From NCBI GenBank assembly GCA_054661495.1, contig BAAFSQ010000019.1, positions 1 through 32,000 on the forward strand: a stretch of DNA of 32,000 nucleotides, in the 5' to 3' direction. A program made the translations under genes and the position numbers. Every line of letters starts with the position of its first letter. Position 1 is the first letter of the stretch. Shown piece by piece: positions 10,591-25,127 of this stretch. The notes under the pieces are model-generated. The model was given only the letters and a program-made list of their open reading frames with translations. It did no database searches and was not told where the DNA came from. Origin of the DNA: Zygophlyctis sp. KS116 (taxonomy: Eukaryota > Fungi > Chytridiomycota).

Positions 10591-12594
10591 CTAAGCAATA
10601 TGTTCGATTCCCCAAGTTTTAATCACTCCATCCTGTGATGCCGATGCAACTGTGTTGTTGTCCAAAAACAGAACTCCATTTATTGCGTCCGGATGGGCAC
10701 CTTATATCAGCAAAAAATTAAATACATTTGATTGAAATATGTTTCATTGGCTCTTTTACAGACCAAATTTCAATATTCGTATCTAGCCCTCCAGAAACAG
10801 CGTGTAAACTATCCGGAGCCCATGACACAGCATTTACACGTGCTGTATGGAATACCCATTGGTTAATTTTTAACTAATGATCAACAGTAAGATCATTTTA
10901 CCTCTTTTGTATTTGCATCGTAAACAAAAACTGCCCTTTGTGTATCGGCCGCTGCAATATATTGTCCATTTGGAGAATAGTTTAAACAAGTAATCTCACC
11001 ACGATTTTTGTCTGCAACACTGGTTTGGGTCAACGAAGTTCCATCCCATGAATAGAAATATATTTTACCATCCTATATCCATCAAAATTAATTGTTTTTA
11101 CCGTCGACCCAATAGACAGCTCTGAACCATCCAAAGAAAAGGCAATGGCAGAAGGTATAAATTCCAAATTCTTTGAAAAACACTGATTTTCATTCTTTTT
11201 GATGCATATGTCCTTGTTAATCGTAATAAAAGCAACATATTCTTTAAATGATGCTAAACCTTTAGGAATACCCTGTGTTGAAAAAGAGAGTGAATTTGAA
11301 ACTGACAAATCTTCCCCAATCAACGATGTCTTGACTAGATCATCCATTGCAGCAGATGCCAAATGGTTCCCATAAATAGAAAATCCCATTATTTGATTTG
11401 CATGTGCTAAAGATGGCAAATACAAAGGTACGCCTGTTAGCTTTGGCCAAAGCAATACTCGTCCGTCATAACTTCCAGATATCAAAGTGGAGCCATCCAA
11501 CTTGTCTAAAGATGTTATTCCTTTTTGATGTCCCTTTGTATTATTAATTTAAAAAAGTTACAACAATCACTTTCACTGGCTTTTGAGGTGCCTTTGGATC
11601 CCAGTAATTTAAGTTTCCACAAAGAGAGAGAGATACTAAAAATTCGCCATCCCATACTAATCCTACTTGATGATTATCAACTGCAGGCTTTGGTGCCAGC
11701 GAGAATGTACTGATTTTAGATAATCTTCTATTTTACCTAATTGCGACATTCTTCTCTACATCCCACAATTTCACAGTTGAATCAGCCGATGCCGAAGCTA
11801 ATTGTTTACTAGTTGGATCCCAAGCCAGCCCAAAAACAGAACCAGTATGTGATTGACTACTATCAGTACACAAAGGAGAAGCGGATTCACCAGCTCCTGG
11901 ATAAATGAAAATCTGTCCATCTGAACCACCAGACGCGAACAAGTCTCCTGATGGAGCATACCGCACCACTTGAACAAATCGCGAATGATCATGAAGAGAA
12001 TGAGAAAACTTGAATGGAACTCCTGAATGCACATTAACAGACATATCATCTGATCCTGTGATTGCCTTGAAAGGTCTTTTTGGCCTAATATCCACAGAAT
12101 TAATAGCTTTAGAGTGTCCAGTAACTTCTCCTACCGAAGACAATGTATCAAATAAAAATGCATGCGCAGATCTAAGTTATTATTCCAATGATCCTAGAAT
12201 TACTTTTCTTTTCCTTGCCCGACTGCGATAATTCTTTTTGATTCAGAGTCCCATGCAATATCTTTGACTGGTCCAGAAAACACCTTGATTTCACTTTTTG
12301 TCAAATGCTCTGCCTGTGTTGTATCCCAAATCTTGACTGTCCCAGACACATCTTGAATATTAAATTTTGAATCTTACCTCCTGATGCGATATAATATCCA
12401 GATGGTGAACATACACCAACAGTTGTAGTTTGCGAATGTGCCGTGTACTCTTGACAGACGCCTGGATCAGATAATGATCTAATATAAATTGACTTTCCTG
12501 ATGCATATACTAATTTCCCCTTGAACGACGAAAGTCTAGTTGATGAGCCTCTATTTGTAGAAGGTGCAGGAGCCCAAAGAGATTTATGTACCAT
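10591..12594 (-). CDS. AIP1: Actin-interacting protein 1 / WDR1 (WD40)
   Basis: [64 protein letters not shown]. Seven introns: 12352-12377, 12172-12203, 11710-11736, 11534-11561, 11073-11101, 10874-10901, 10701-10725. Confidence 0.95.
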
Positions 12595-12601
12595 TTTGTA
12601 T

Positions 12602-12632
12602 GTCAAAACGCGAAATTTATCGCGTTTTTGAC
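12602..12632. promoter_or_regulatory. Near-perfect palindrome with two AACGCGA half-sites in the AIP1/FARSA divergent promoter
   Basis: gtcaaaacgcga-aattta-tcgcgtttttgac. Confidence 0.55.
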
Positions 12633-12712
12633 CGACGGCGTTTAAGGACTGTACGGCTACTGATCATAGGATGTGATTATAGGATGGGAACATAGGTCTA
12701 TGTCTACTGAAA

Positions 12713-14255
12713 ATGGATTTGCAAGCGCAACTATTGACTCTTTTATCACAATCTGATCATCCGATTGATGGATCATCCTTTGATTCAAATGAACTCGTTA
12801 GGGTATTGAATGGATTATCATCTAGAGATATTGTATCGTTTGAGCCAATTGTTACAGAATCTTGGGTTTTGACCGACGAAGGAAAGGAAATTCTGGAAAA
12901 TGGATCCCATGAAGCGCAAGTCTTTAATGCTATTCCCGCTGATCATTCAATCAGCATTCAGGAATTAACGGTAAGAAATTTTAGATTTTTCTAAATTTAG
13001 GCTAAATTGGGACCAATCGCAAAGTTTGGGCAAGGTGCAGCTTTCAAGGCAAAATGGATTGGGAAAAATGATAAGGGGGAATTAGTGCGGCTCTTGGATA
13101 AGATTGTCGATTTAACAGTCAAAGATTTAAAGGTTATTAATGATACCGGATGTCATGATGATGGATCTGTCCTTAAGAATTTGAAGAAGAGGACTCTTAT
13201 TACTATAAAAAAGAATACAAAATATATGATCTCAAAGGGGAAGAAATTTACTTTGAATATTGTTGAAGAAGAAACAGATATTACTCATGAATTGATCGCT
13301 AGGTATGTAAATGGATTTTTTTAAAATATCATAGTGGAAAATGGAAAGATGCACAATTTAAAAAATACAATTTTGATGCACTTGGAGTTCAGCCGAATGT
13401 TGGGTCTCTTCATCCATTATTAAAAGTTCGAGATGAATTTAGACAAATTTTCTTTGAATTGGGATTCTCAGAAATGCCTACAAACCAGTATGTTGAATCT
13501 TCTTTTTGGAATTTTGATGCTCTCTTTCAGCCTCAACAGCATCCTGCTAGAGATGCTCACGATACATTTTTTTTATCTGATCCGCAAACTTCGGATAAGC
13601 TTCCAGCCGATTATGTTGAAAAGGTTAAAAAAGTTCATTCAGAAGGTGGTTATGGGTCTATTGGGTAATTTAAAAAGATTTTAAATTAAATAGTTATGGT
13701 TACGATTGGAAGATCCAGGAGGCTCAAAAGCTAATTTTAAGAACTCATACGACTGCGATTTCTTCTCATATGTTATACAAATTAGCTCAACAAAAAACTT
13801 TTACGCCTGTTAAATGGTTTTCTATTGATAAAGTATTTCGAAATGAAACATTGGATGCTACTCATTTAGCTGAATTTCACCAAATAGAAGGAGTAGTTGC
13901 TGATGTAGGACTTACTTTGGGGGATTTAATTGGTGTTTTGCATGGATTCTTTAAAAAATTGGGGATTGAAAAGCTCAAATTCAAACCTGCTTACAATCCT
14001 TACACTGAGCCATCTATGGAAATATTCTCTTGGCATGATGGTCTTAAGAAATGGGTTGAAATTGGAAATTCTGGAATATTTAGACCAGAAATGCTGCTTC
14101 CACTTGGTCTCCCTCCTGATGTTACTGTGATTGCATGGGGTTTATCAACTGAAAGACCTACAATGATAAAGTATGGATTAGATAACATTCGTGATCTAGT
14201 TGGACATAAATTAGATTTAGAGATGGTTGGAAGGAATCCTATATGTCGTTTTTAG
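12713..14255 (+). CDS. FARSA: Phenylalanyl-tRNA synthetase alpha subunit, cytoplasmic
   Basis: [52 protein letters not shown]. Introns at 12971-13000 (30 nt), 13303-13334 (32) and 13665-13693 (29). Confidence 0.97.
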
Positions 14256-14297
14256 TTGAGTGTTTTCATAAATAAGATGAAAAATATTTGTCAATTA

Positions 14298-15182
14298 TCA
14301 ACTTTTATTAGCTCTGTTTCCCCAACCTTTAGGATTATCATCTTTAAATTCATCCCAAGCTCTCTCCTTCATCAACTTTGTCTCCAAATCTTCTTCATTC
14401 ATATCATCAATAATTTTTTCTGTCTTGCCTTCAGTTCCACCCTTTAGAAAATTCCCACGTTCAAACTCCCTAGTCAAATACTCATCCACAGTCATACTAG
14501 GTAAATTATGACCTGGCTTGAAAACATTATCCTTTAGATCTTGCCTGTTAGATCTTATTATGAATGGCCTAAGAATTTTCCCTTCCTTTGAGAGTAATGG
14601 CCCATTCTTAATTTCAAGCCGTGAGTCTGAATATTGAGGGTTATGTTTAGGCTTTTCATTGTTCAGAGATTCCTCATGTTCTTCTAATAGTTCTATTTCC
14701 ATCGTATTACTTGATAATAATTGCTTTGACTTTAGAATTTGCAATTGAATATTTTCCAAGAATAATTCTCGCTGCGATTCTTCATCATTTCTAGTTTTCA
14801 AGATTTTAATATTTGACTGAATTTCTTTTTCCTTTTTGAAAGCCATAATCAATTCTTGCCTTGATGGTTTACTTTTATTTAAAGTAGCTAGTCCCAATCT
14901 TTCTACCGACTCCAAAAATTCCAACAGATTTTCCCTAGACTTTTTCAGAATTTCTAATCTTTCTCTTGAATTTTCAAAATTCAATTCAGAGAGTGCCAAA
15001 CCTTTGAGGGCCGGAATTTCCAAAAACTTTAAATCCATTGTAGAAATTTCCTTTAGAGATTCATTATCAGAGAATAAATCTAGCGTCAACATCCACTTTT
15101 GACATTTTTCTATTAGTTCTAGTCTCTTGCTAGGATCTGATTCCTGTAGAATTGAATCGTAGAGCGAATTTAAATTTGACAT
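14298..15182 (-). CDS. TAP42: PP2A-associated protein TAP42 / IGBP1 (alpha4)
   Basis: LFSDNESLKEISTMDLKFL, VFKPGHNLPSMTVDEYL, KERAWDEFKDDNPKGWGN. Intronless. Confidence 0.93.
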   Translation of the reverse strand: MSNLNSLYDSILQESDPSKRLELIEKCQKWMLTLDLFSDNESLKEISTMDLKFLEIPALKGLALSELNFENSRERLEILKKSRENLLEFLESVERLGLATLNKSKPSRQELIMAFKKEKEIQSNIKILKTRNDEESQRELFLENIQLQILKSKQLLSSNTMEIELLEEHEESLNNEKPKHNPQYSDSRLEIKNGPLLSKEGKILRPFIIRSNRQDLKDNVFKPGHNLPSMTVDEYLTREFERGNFLKGGTEGKTEKIIDDMNEEDLETKLMKERAWDEFKDDNPKGWGNRANKS

Positions 15183-15256
15183 GATTTAATTTTGTTATAA
15201 TTTTGGTATAATTTTGATTTAATTTTTCTAATATTATTCCCTTTATCCCTCTTTAA

Positions 15257-15300
15257 TTCTTATAACTTTCTTATAACTTTCTTATAACCTCAGTGCACTG
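15257..15300. repeat. 11-nt tandem repeat (3 copies) plus 10-bp palindrome in the TAP42/PAC3 divergent promoter
   Basis: ttcttataact, ttcttataact, ttcttataacc (15257-15289), then cagtgcactg (15291-15300). Confidence 0.75.
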
Positions 15301-15336
15301 GGACACTAGGTTCTAACACTAGGCTCAAGGTCAAGA

Positions 15337-15683
15337 ATGTTCCCTCTGAAAACAGCGTCTGCACAATTACAAATCCCAAACTCTGCTCCCGTAAAAATCC
15401 TCATTTCTAAAGGATCAGATTATTATCTGATAATGATTACTCAAAATTCAAAATTAGGGAATTTTAGTTGGTCAGATCCATTTACATCTCTCATGGGAGA
15501 CTCTAAAAGAAGTTTACTAAATCAAATTTACTCTACTCAACTCTCATTAACCCTAAACTCACCATGTTTACTCTGTCTCTCTCTAGACAATTCTTTAAAT
15601 CAGGAACTAGAGGATTTGGAGACTCATGGAAATTTACTAAAGGAAATTTGTTGTAAAGTTTCGACATTGATTAAAGAAAATTT

Positions 15684-15687
<4 letters not shown>
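15337..15687 (+). CDS. PSMG3: Proteasome assembly chaperone 3-like (PAC3/PSMG3)
   Basis: 116 aa. FPLKT...SDYYLIMITQNSKLG...SLMGD...LLCLSL resembles the PAC3 pattern. Its stop overlaps the KRR1 stop by 4 nt. Confidence 0.65.
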
Positions 15688-16856
<1,169 letters not shown>

Positions 16857-16878
16857 AAAGGCGGTCAATTTCAACGCG

Positions 16879-17327
16879 ATGAGTTTGTCAGTGCTGTCAA
16901 GGAGCTTTAAAAGAAACCTCTCTAGCAAATCTCTAATTCCTACTATAGAAGCAGATCTAATAAATGGAATTCCTCCACAGCAGTCTATAAGAAAAGTTTA
17001 TATTTACAAACCTGCTAATACAACAATGCAGTCGGGAGTTGGAAATTCTCAGTTTTGGAAAATAGACTTTGAATCTCAAAAGAAATGGGAAAATCCGCTC
17101 ATGGGTTGGGCATCATCGTAATCTTAACATTATAATATAATAGAGGAGATCCGTTACAAGCTACTTTTATGAAATTTAAAACTAGACAGGAAGCTATTCA
17201 ATTTGCTGAAATGCAAGGTTACACTTGGAATGTGGTAGAACCTAAAGAGTCAAAGTTTAGGGTAAAGTCCTACGCATCAAACTTCAAGTACAATCCAGGA
17301 AAAATTAGAAAGTTTTTCACAAAGTAA
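16879..17327 (+). CDS. NDUFS4: NADH:ubiquinone oxidoreductase subunit NDUFS4
   Basis: RKVYIYKPANTTMQSG, WENPLMGWASSGDP (restored by removing the 26-nt intron 17118-17143), FKTRQEAIQFAEMQGY, KSYASNF. Confidence 0.95.
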
Positions 17328-17341
17328 GAATAAATTTCTTG

Positions 17342-20300
17342 TTATAAATAACTTTTTTCTAATGAATTTCGTATTGATGGGTCTAAAATTGATAGTAGAC
17401 TCTGAAATTCTGAGATTCCAATCGAGTTGCAGTAATATTTGAGTCTAGATGAAATAAAATTTAAAAACTCTGATTGGGTTTGAAATAAAATAGATTCAAG
17501 AGAATCTTGTTCCCATTTTATAGTTGTTGAGAAGCTATGGGTTTTAGATTAGAAAATATACCTATTCTCAAGTAAAATTCCAGAAAAAATAATCATGATT
17601 CCTTGAAATTGAGGTCTAGAAATCAACACTAAAGGTAATAGTTGTGCTAGAGCTGAAGATACTAAAACTCTCTGGTTAGGTTGGGAAAGAGAGTCAAACT
17701 ATCATGTTAAAATATAAAAGTTACCCTGGAAATTAATTCATCTATAAATGAAGATAATAGATGATTAGAGTTTTCAAGACTATTGATTTCCCCAAGAAAG
17801 ATTTGAGGATTAGTCAAAATAATTCTTGATAGGATGAGATTATAATCCATAATAATAACATGTAATTCCTCTCCTTTAATAGTCTCTATAATCATTTTTT
17901 TCAAAATTCCACTTGCGCTGATTTCACTCAAGAGAAGCATTGATGGTGGATTTAATACCTGAATGCAAGTGTCCAACAAATTTAGAATATGTTTTGAGGC
18001 TTCAGGGATTAGACTTCCCAAAAGTATAGATAATTTTGAAATTAGGATGTTTCCATATTCTTGAAAAATGTTTTCTGGTGCTAATTTAATCATAAGAGCC
18101 AGGATTTTCAATACAGATTTAAGACTTTCAGTACCATTGTCCAATAAATTTATAATAAGTGGAATTAGTTGATACAATTGTTGAGTCATAGATTTTGTAT
18201 TCTGAACAATAGCCAAACACAGGTCTAATCCTTCTTCAAGAATGTAAATATGGCTTGGATCGCTAGTGTTTAATGCTGATTGAACAATTGGAATCGCGAT
18301 TGAGAGAGCATAAGTTTCTCCTCCAAGAGCCTATAATTATCAAATAATCCTAAAATACTAAAACTAGGCTAGTGACAATAGACACTATCGCACTCTTAAA
18401 TAAATGCTGGCTGTCCGCATGCTGCCATTGATTTGACAAGGTATTTAATATCTGAGGCGCAAAAGAAGCAGACTTGAATAATTAAAGAAAAAAGTATACC
18501 TGATCTTCCAAGCGCAAGACAAGAACTGAAATAGTGTTCAGTAAACATAGTTTGGATTCAAATTCTTCATATTCATCAAGCAATTTCAGACAATGTCCTA
18601 TAGTTGCGTTAACAAATGGAATAAAGTCCTCCAATTCAAAATCGTAATCGTCAATACATTGTCGCAAACATATAATACTCGTTAATTTAACAACAGAGTC
18701 TGGATCATTTGAAAGATTTAGTAATGCCTCATAGACAATAGGCCGAATTGGCTTTGGTACCTTTACTGAAATCCAACTTTTGATTACCAGTGCGATTCGT
18801 CTGCGAATTATTTTCAACCTACAGTTAAAATCAATTATATTACTCAGCAGACTTATCCATAGTTTCCTTTAGAATAAATGAGCCCAATAAAGCACCAAAA
18901 TCAACGAAATTTGCCAAGTCAGCCGCACATAAGCCAAGCACACAATAGGTAGACTCCTTAACACTTATATTAACATTATTCTCTACAGATGATAAGCATA
19001 GATTTACACTTACTAGTCACAGCTTCTACCATTGAAAGTAATGCAGGAGCCAGAATTTCTCGATGCTGCGAAACAAGATCCACTACTAATTTTTCAGCGC
19101 ATAGCTAAAAGTTAAAAATCCAAATATGAAAATTACACGAACATTGTATTCCCAATGATCCGCTTCTTCTTCTTGAACAAACTGCTCTGGTTCATCTTTC
19201 CAAAAATCCAAATCTTCTTCTGAAAGACAAACATATTTTAAAACCAGCAACTGTAAGCATGATTGCAAAAAATCAGGATTGAATATATTTGAATTTACAA
19301 ATTGTTGGGCATGATTTACTCGAGCTTTAATACTTTCATCTATACCTGAGAAAAAAAAGAATACCTTCACTGACAATATTAAACTCTGAATTCTTGACAA
19401 GCCGTCGTACCAGTTTCAAGGATTGCAAGACAACCTTATCAAAAGCAGCATCTTTTCCTAACTTTTTTAAAATCAGTAATTTTACCAGGAGTAGAATTTT
19501 GAAGAATATTCCAATAAAGAGTCACTACATCCAATAGCCCTGGAGTAAATATAAAATTTACTAGATCTCTCTCTTGTAAATCCAAGTATATTTTTCCTAT
19601 AAGAATTACAAATTTGCATATTTTAGCTGATAGTTTATCAAAATGCGTCCCTAAAACTTAATTTTTTCCAAAATATACTTATTTTTAACATTTCTTGATT
19701 ACAAATAACCAAATTCTTGTAAAATTCCAAAGCTCTTGTATTCTGAGAAAAATCACTATATCCATATACTAATAATCTCCTGCAAGACTTTAAAGCCAGT
19801 AAAGAAATCTCTAGCCTCATATTTGCCTCATCTTGATTTCCTAGAGATATTGAATTGAAAAATGCTGATAAAAATTCATTGAATAGACTAGCAAGAAAAT
19901 CAAGGATTGGAGGCGCAATCCTCATAAACTGGGCTCTACTGGTAGCAAGAGTTTTTGAAGCAAGAGTTTTTATAACAACATGCAGTGTATATAGCCCATG
20001 AATCTGAAAGGACATGGATCCACCAGCAAAACTAGATTTTATAACCTCCATCAGTTGGTCTATTAATTGCGGCCAAAACATTGGATAATCATATCTAGCT
20101 ATTTTTGCCACAATCAGAGAGTGTGATGCATTTAATACCTTGGTCTCATGAGCACCAAAGAATTGCATAATCATTGGACGCAAAACTTGTTTCTCATCTT
20201 CGGTTATCCTAATATTCAGTAAGTGATCATACCCATTTCTAGCATTTTTCCTCCAGTATTTATCAATTCCATTCTTAAAATATAATAATCCAAGTGTTTT

Positions 20301-20450
20301 CAACTTTAGATCAGACTCTTGATCAATCAAGTTCCATAGATTGCTATAGAAGCCTGGATGTCCTTCGCATGACTGAAGCATTTGATCCCCAGACGCTCGG
20401 ATCTCTGGGTCTGGAGAAGAGGCACAAACAAGTGCAGATCTCAAATCCAT
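17342..20450 (-). CDS. IPO11: Importin-11 / Kap120 (karyopherin-beta family)
   Basis: IBN_N motif LYFKNGIDKYWRKNA, IVAKIARYDYPMFWPQL, WKDEPEQF..EE, IIRRRIALVIKSW. Eleven introns: 20209-20232, 19651-19678, 19458-19485, 19340-19364, 19105-19136, 18983-19013, 18819-18843, 18473-18499, 18331-18358, 17699-17724, 17535-17561. Confidence 0.9.
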
Positions 20451-20491
20451 TGGTAAATTTCAGGGCTGCGGTAAAATTTATTGACTCAGAC

Positions 20492-23400
20492 TCAATATTT
20501 GGGGTTATTCACCATTGCTGCACGGCTAGGATGTATACCAGGATTTGAGCTTCTTCCTTCTCTACTATCCCTATTAGGATCCCTTGGTACATCACGTTGA
20601 CGGGGTCTAGACTGAGAATGAGATCCGCCACTATCTTTAATCTTCTTGTCAAGAGTCTTTTTTTCATCATCTTTAAAGAAACGAAGCAGGCTATCAACAT
20701 CTCGGAATTTACGCATACGGAATAAAAATCCGTCTGGCTGAATAGTGACGGTTTCACTTTTAACTCTTGCATGAGGATGCATATACACAAGGTAGAAACT
20801 TCCAGGCTTTTCAGATGAAATAGCAAACCCATACATTGATCTTTGGAAATATTTTGCTTGCTCTTCAACGTATTTGTCTAGTATTAATCTGTAATAAATC
20901 TTACACATTTCTTCTTTACTTTTTCTTTGAAATTTAGAATGTTGAATGATATCAGTAATGCGACGTGTCATTGGTTCAATATGTTCTGAAATGATTTGAT
21001 CAATTTCCAAAAACTGCCTATTTTCAATTTGGAGAATTTTCCCAAGACTCCATTCATTTTCTTTTTTGAGTTCGAGTACATCTTAAAAATTAGTAAATGT
21101 TTTTACCTATATGTTGATAAATGTCATCATCGATTTTCCAAGTGATTGAAATATGATCATTTCCTTTGGTTGAAGGACGAACAACGATTTCTCCTCGAGG
21201 CCTTCGGGAAAGATACTCTTCTGCAGCCTTAAAATCTATATTTTTGAAAAATGGATGCTGAATATGACGACTTTGACCACGGCTCTTCTTTTTTGATCCT
21301 ACAAGTGATATGTCGAATATATCCTTCTCTTCCCTTTCAAAATTGAAGAATGTATCACGCACAATTATATCCATGTTACGATCAACTACAGCAGATTTTC
21401 TTATATCCAATTCAAGACTTAGACGTTCTTTGCTAACCTCTAAAACTCGGGCTGGGATTGATTGCCCAGGAATATACAATAGATTTAGTTGTGGATCGTT
21501 TTCCATCTTTTTAGGTATATCAACATTCTTAACGTGCACAACGGCTTCCATTCCAGAAGAATGTTCACAAAAGATAAATCGATCTTTAACCTTTTGAATA
21601 TTGACATTTACTAGAGAGCCCACATGGAGAGTTTCATCCGTCTCATTTGTAAGCATGGTAAATATCTCATCCTGAGAAGCTCCGTGGAATGGCTCACGCT
21701 TTTCACTAAAGGGTGCCATCAGCTCATCTCGCATTTCATTCAAGGCAATTTTCTTCAACTTTCCCTCTGAACGCTCCAATTCGTCTGCATAATCATCCAG
21801 CATTAGCATCAACAGACGATCTGAATCATTTTCCATAATTTCAGCAACATGATGAGAGGGATTGTCGTCATCTCCTGCTGCATCATCAATATCCAATGCA
21901 TCAGCAGCCATTTTTCTTGCAATGTCGTAATCTTCAGGATGAATTCTTGTATCATCCAAGACATCAATAATTAGAGACGGAGTTCGCATAAAATGTCTTT
22001 CTTTTATCCGTATAAAGGAAGAACAGTTAATAAACACTTTTTCGGAACATACTTTCTTGAGTACCAGATCAGCTCGTGATTCTAACTTTCCGCCCTTAAA
22101 GATAAGTAATATTCTGAAATTACCAATCTGCCCAATTTAGAAATAATAGCGCTAGCTTTTCGCGGGCCCAAACCGCTAACAAATTGTAATGCGCCGCGAA
22201 GTTCTTCATTATCCAAGCAGAGATTGATATCTAATCCACTAATTATTAGGTTAATTTTATATACCAGCTAGCTATAACAGTCATGAAAGATCGTGTAATC
22301 GCCCTTTTGAGCTTATCCTCTGGCAACTGAAATCTTAGTTATTAAAACGTACCAATTTTTGTAATGGATGCAGGTGAAGATGTTTATAATCATCCTCCAC
22401 ATTCATCAGTCTTGAATATTCCATAATTGGATCTTGAACCTTCCTTGCTAAGGATACAAGGTATCTAACCATAGGATCTGAATCGGGGTAGTATTTCTGG
22501 CCCTCTTTAGAGTTCATAAATACTCTTGCAGCGTCATCATCAACCAAAATAATCGGAATTTGCTTCGAAAACGTTTTCCTGGATTTTCCTTTGTTCACTA
22601 TTTCACTGACAATATTATATAAGTGAGTTAATATTCCTGGATGAAAACCAGCTAATACGATGACATCGGGCTCATAAATCGCAACCTTATCACTAAATTT
22701 CTCCATATCTGCCTCTCTATCACGATCTCCGAGCTTAGAAAATGTACAAGAATGATTGAGCCTATGATTTGTCTCTACCACAACCATATGAGTTACAGAG
22801 GTTCGATCACCTTGACCCCAAGATAAAGCCATAACCTTTGCTGGGGTATCATCCATGAACTCATCATCTTCTTGAGCGGGCCTAAAAGGAGCCATATTTA
22901 ATTTCTAAAATATCAGATTATATCTAGTACCTTTTCTAAAATAAACCTGCACATACTAGAAACATAATCAATGGCACTCATTCGCAGCGTTTCTTTTAGC
23001 CATTTGCTGGTTTGCTCAAAGAGGATTGACTTTGAAGCGAAATCCGCAATTTTAACTCTTTGCTCGTTCCATTTTTCCGCAACAGCATTAACATAGTCAT
23101 TTTGAATATTTTTATATATATCTTTTAAGAGCTCCACTTCCATATCTACTTTTGCAGACACTGTGACTAATCCCTCATTTTCAGCAGTATTTATTTGAAG
23201 AAATTGGCCATCTTTAAAGTCTAAAACCGGTTTTGCAGTCAAATATTTAAATGGCTATAGTTAAATTGACAATGATAATATACATAGTATTTGTGACCAG
23301 GCTTAATTTCCGTTTTCCCTTTCATTGTTGGTGTGACTGTAATTACGGCATCAGTTGAATATACTCTGCGTAAGAAATTACGCAGTGTAGGATCGGCAGC

Positions 23401-25020
23401 GATTTCTTGAGCAATCATTTCACGAGCAGCTGTTTTTAAAAATCATTAAATTACCTGCCAAGACTTTTTCTGTATTGGGAAACAAAGTACAAACATAATT
23501 TTCAGCAGCCTCTTCCGGAGTGATTGAAGGATCTTCAGGAAAATGCAGTGATTGTCGGGTTATCAAACTCTGTGAATATTTTTTAAGATCGACGCCAAAC
23601 ATTTTGGCAAGATTGCCCAAATTATTTCTTTTCGCACCTTCATACGCCACTCGCCAGCCTGGTTTCTTAAACATGCGGGATTTTTGAACGTCTGATTCTG
23701 CCAAATCTAGCCCATAATGAATCTGAAGATATAGCTGCATATCTGCAATTTCATCTAGTGTTGATGCTTTTTCAATCTGATCATTTGCATAATTATCTTG
23801 TGCCGCACCTTGAGACTTTTTTTGAATATCTTCAAAAGATGCTTTTAAACTTTTTCGCTTCATTTCAATTGTTAAAAATGCCTCATCCAAATCATAAATA
23901 GTCCAGAGATCTGCAGGGTCCAAACACTGCATAAAATAATCTTTTCGATGGGTAGCAATAAACGGAACTTCTAATTGTTCGATTCTTATAAATTTCAATA
24001 CATCTAGAATCACTTTCAAAATCTGACTATTTGCAGCTGATGGTTGTAAAGTTTCATCTCTTTTCAACAGTCGAGCAATATAAATAGACTCTCTAGTCAA
24101 TTGACCTTCATCAGGAGGTGGGAAATTTTTCCGATCAACTTGATATCGTTCTGGAATATCTACACTTCTAATGATTTCATCTTCTTCTGTCAACATCTTT
24201 TGAGCAATCACTCCTGGCTCATAAAGATCCTTTAATTTAACTTCTTTTGCCTTTTTAATTTGTAAAGAATCTTGAGATTCACCAACAGCATCATCATGAA
24301 CAAAATTATCCTAAAATTTAAAAAGAATAAATTACAGGATCTAAAGCATATTCATAGTCCATACCATCTCCAAAAAGTTCCACAATTTCAGCCCAAGCTC
24401 TAAAATTTAAATATTTTAAAAAAAATACTCATCAGAGACCCCATAGTCTGCACCTTTATTCCCCATGAATTCCAACCGTTCCCTTCTTTTCCTAGCACGT
24501 TCTCTTCTACTAGCCTCATCTTCATCATCATCAATAACAAAATCATCCATATAATCATCTGGCTCATATAATTCTCTCGAATCAAAACCTTCAACCTGAC
24601 CCTCCTCTTCTTGCTCCTGATCATGAAAGAGAGCAGCAAGATCTTTTTCCTGATCCATCTTCTTTCGCAAACGTTTAAACTAGAATTTAAAACCTATAAA
24701 TACTTTTTTAGACGATGCCCCAATATTTTCATTAATCAAATCTAAATCATCGTCTTCCAGTCCCTCAGACTCTGCATCTGATTGCCTTTCTACAATAAGT
24801 TTTAAATTCTTTACCTGATCTTGATCTCTTTCGCACAACCTCGTCCTCCTCATCATCATCAGCAATAAACTTCTTATCAGCCTCTGTGGGTTCTTCTTCC
24901 AGCTCATCATCCTCCTCATCATCAGAGTATACCTAGTATTACGAATGTATATCATACACCCATTTTATTTGACGATGGCTTTAGTACATCTTCGCCTTCC
25001 GAATCAGACATTTTTGACAT
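20492..25020 (-). CDS. SPT6: Transcription elongation factor / histone chaperone SPT6
   Basis: Acidic N-terminus, DIPERYQ, EVPFIATHRKDY, LDDTRIHPEDYDIARKMAADAL, an S1 domain and a tandem SH2 (IVVRPSTKGNDHISITWK). Twelve introns: 24933-24957, 24790-24814, 24680-24703, 24400-24428, 24311-24335, 23430-23454, 23255-23283, 22905-22930, 22327-22352, 22239-22264, 22095-22123, 21082-21106. Confidence 0.96.
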
Positions 25021-25127
25021 TCCTCCACACAAACGCTCAGCCTATGTATGAATAGCGACCTATTGAAGATACAAACGCAGGTGTATGGCAAGTGTTAAAC
25101 ATTCCGTACCTGTGGCTGAAATATTAA

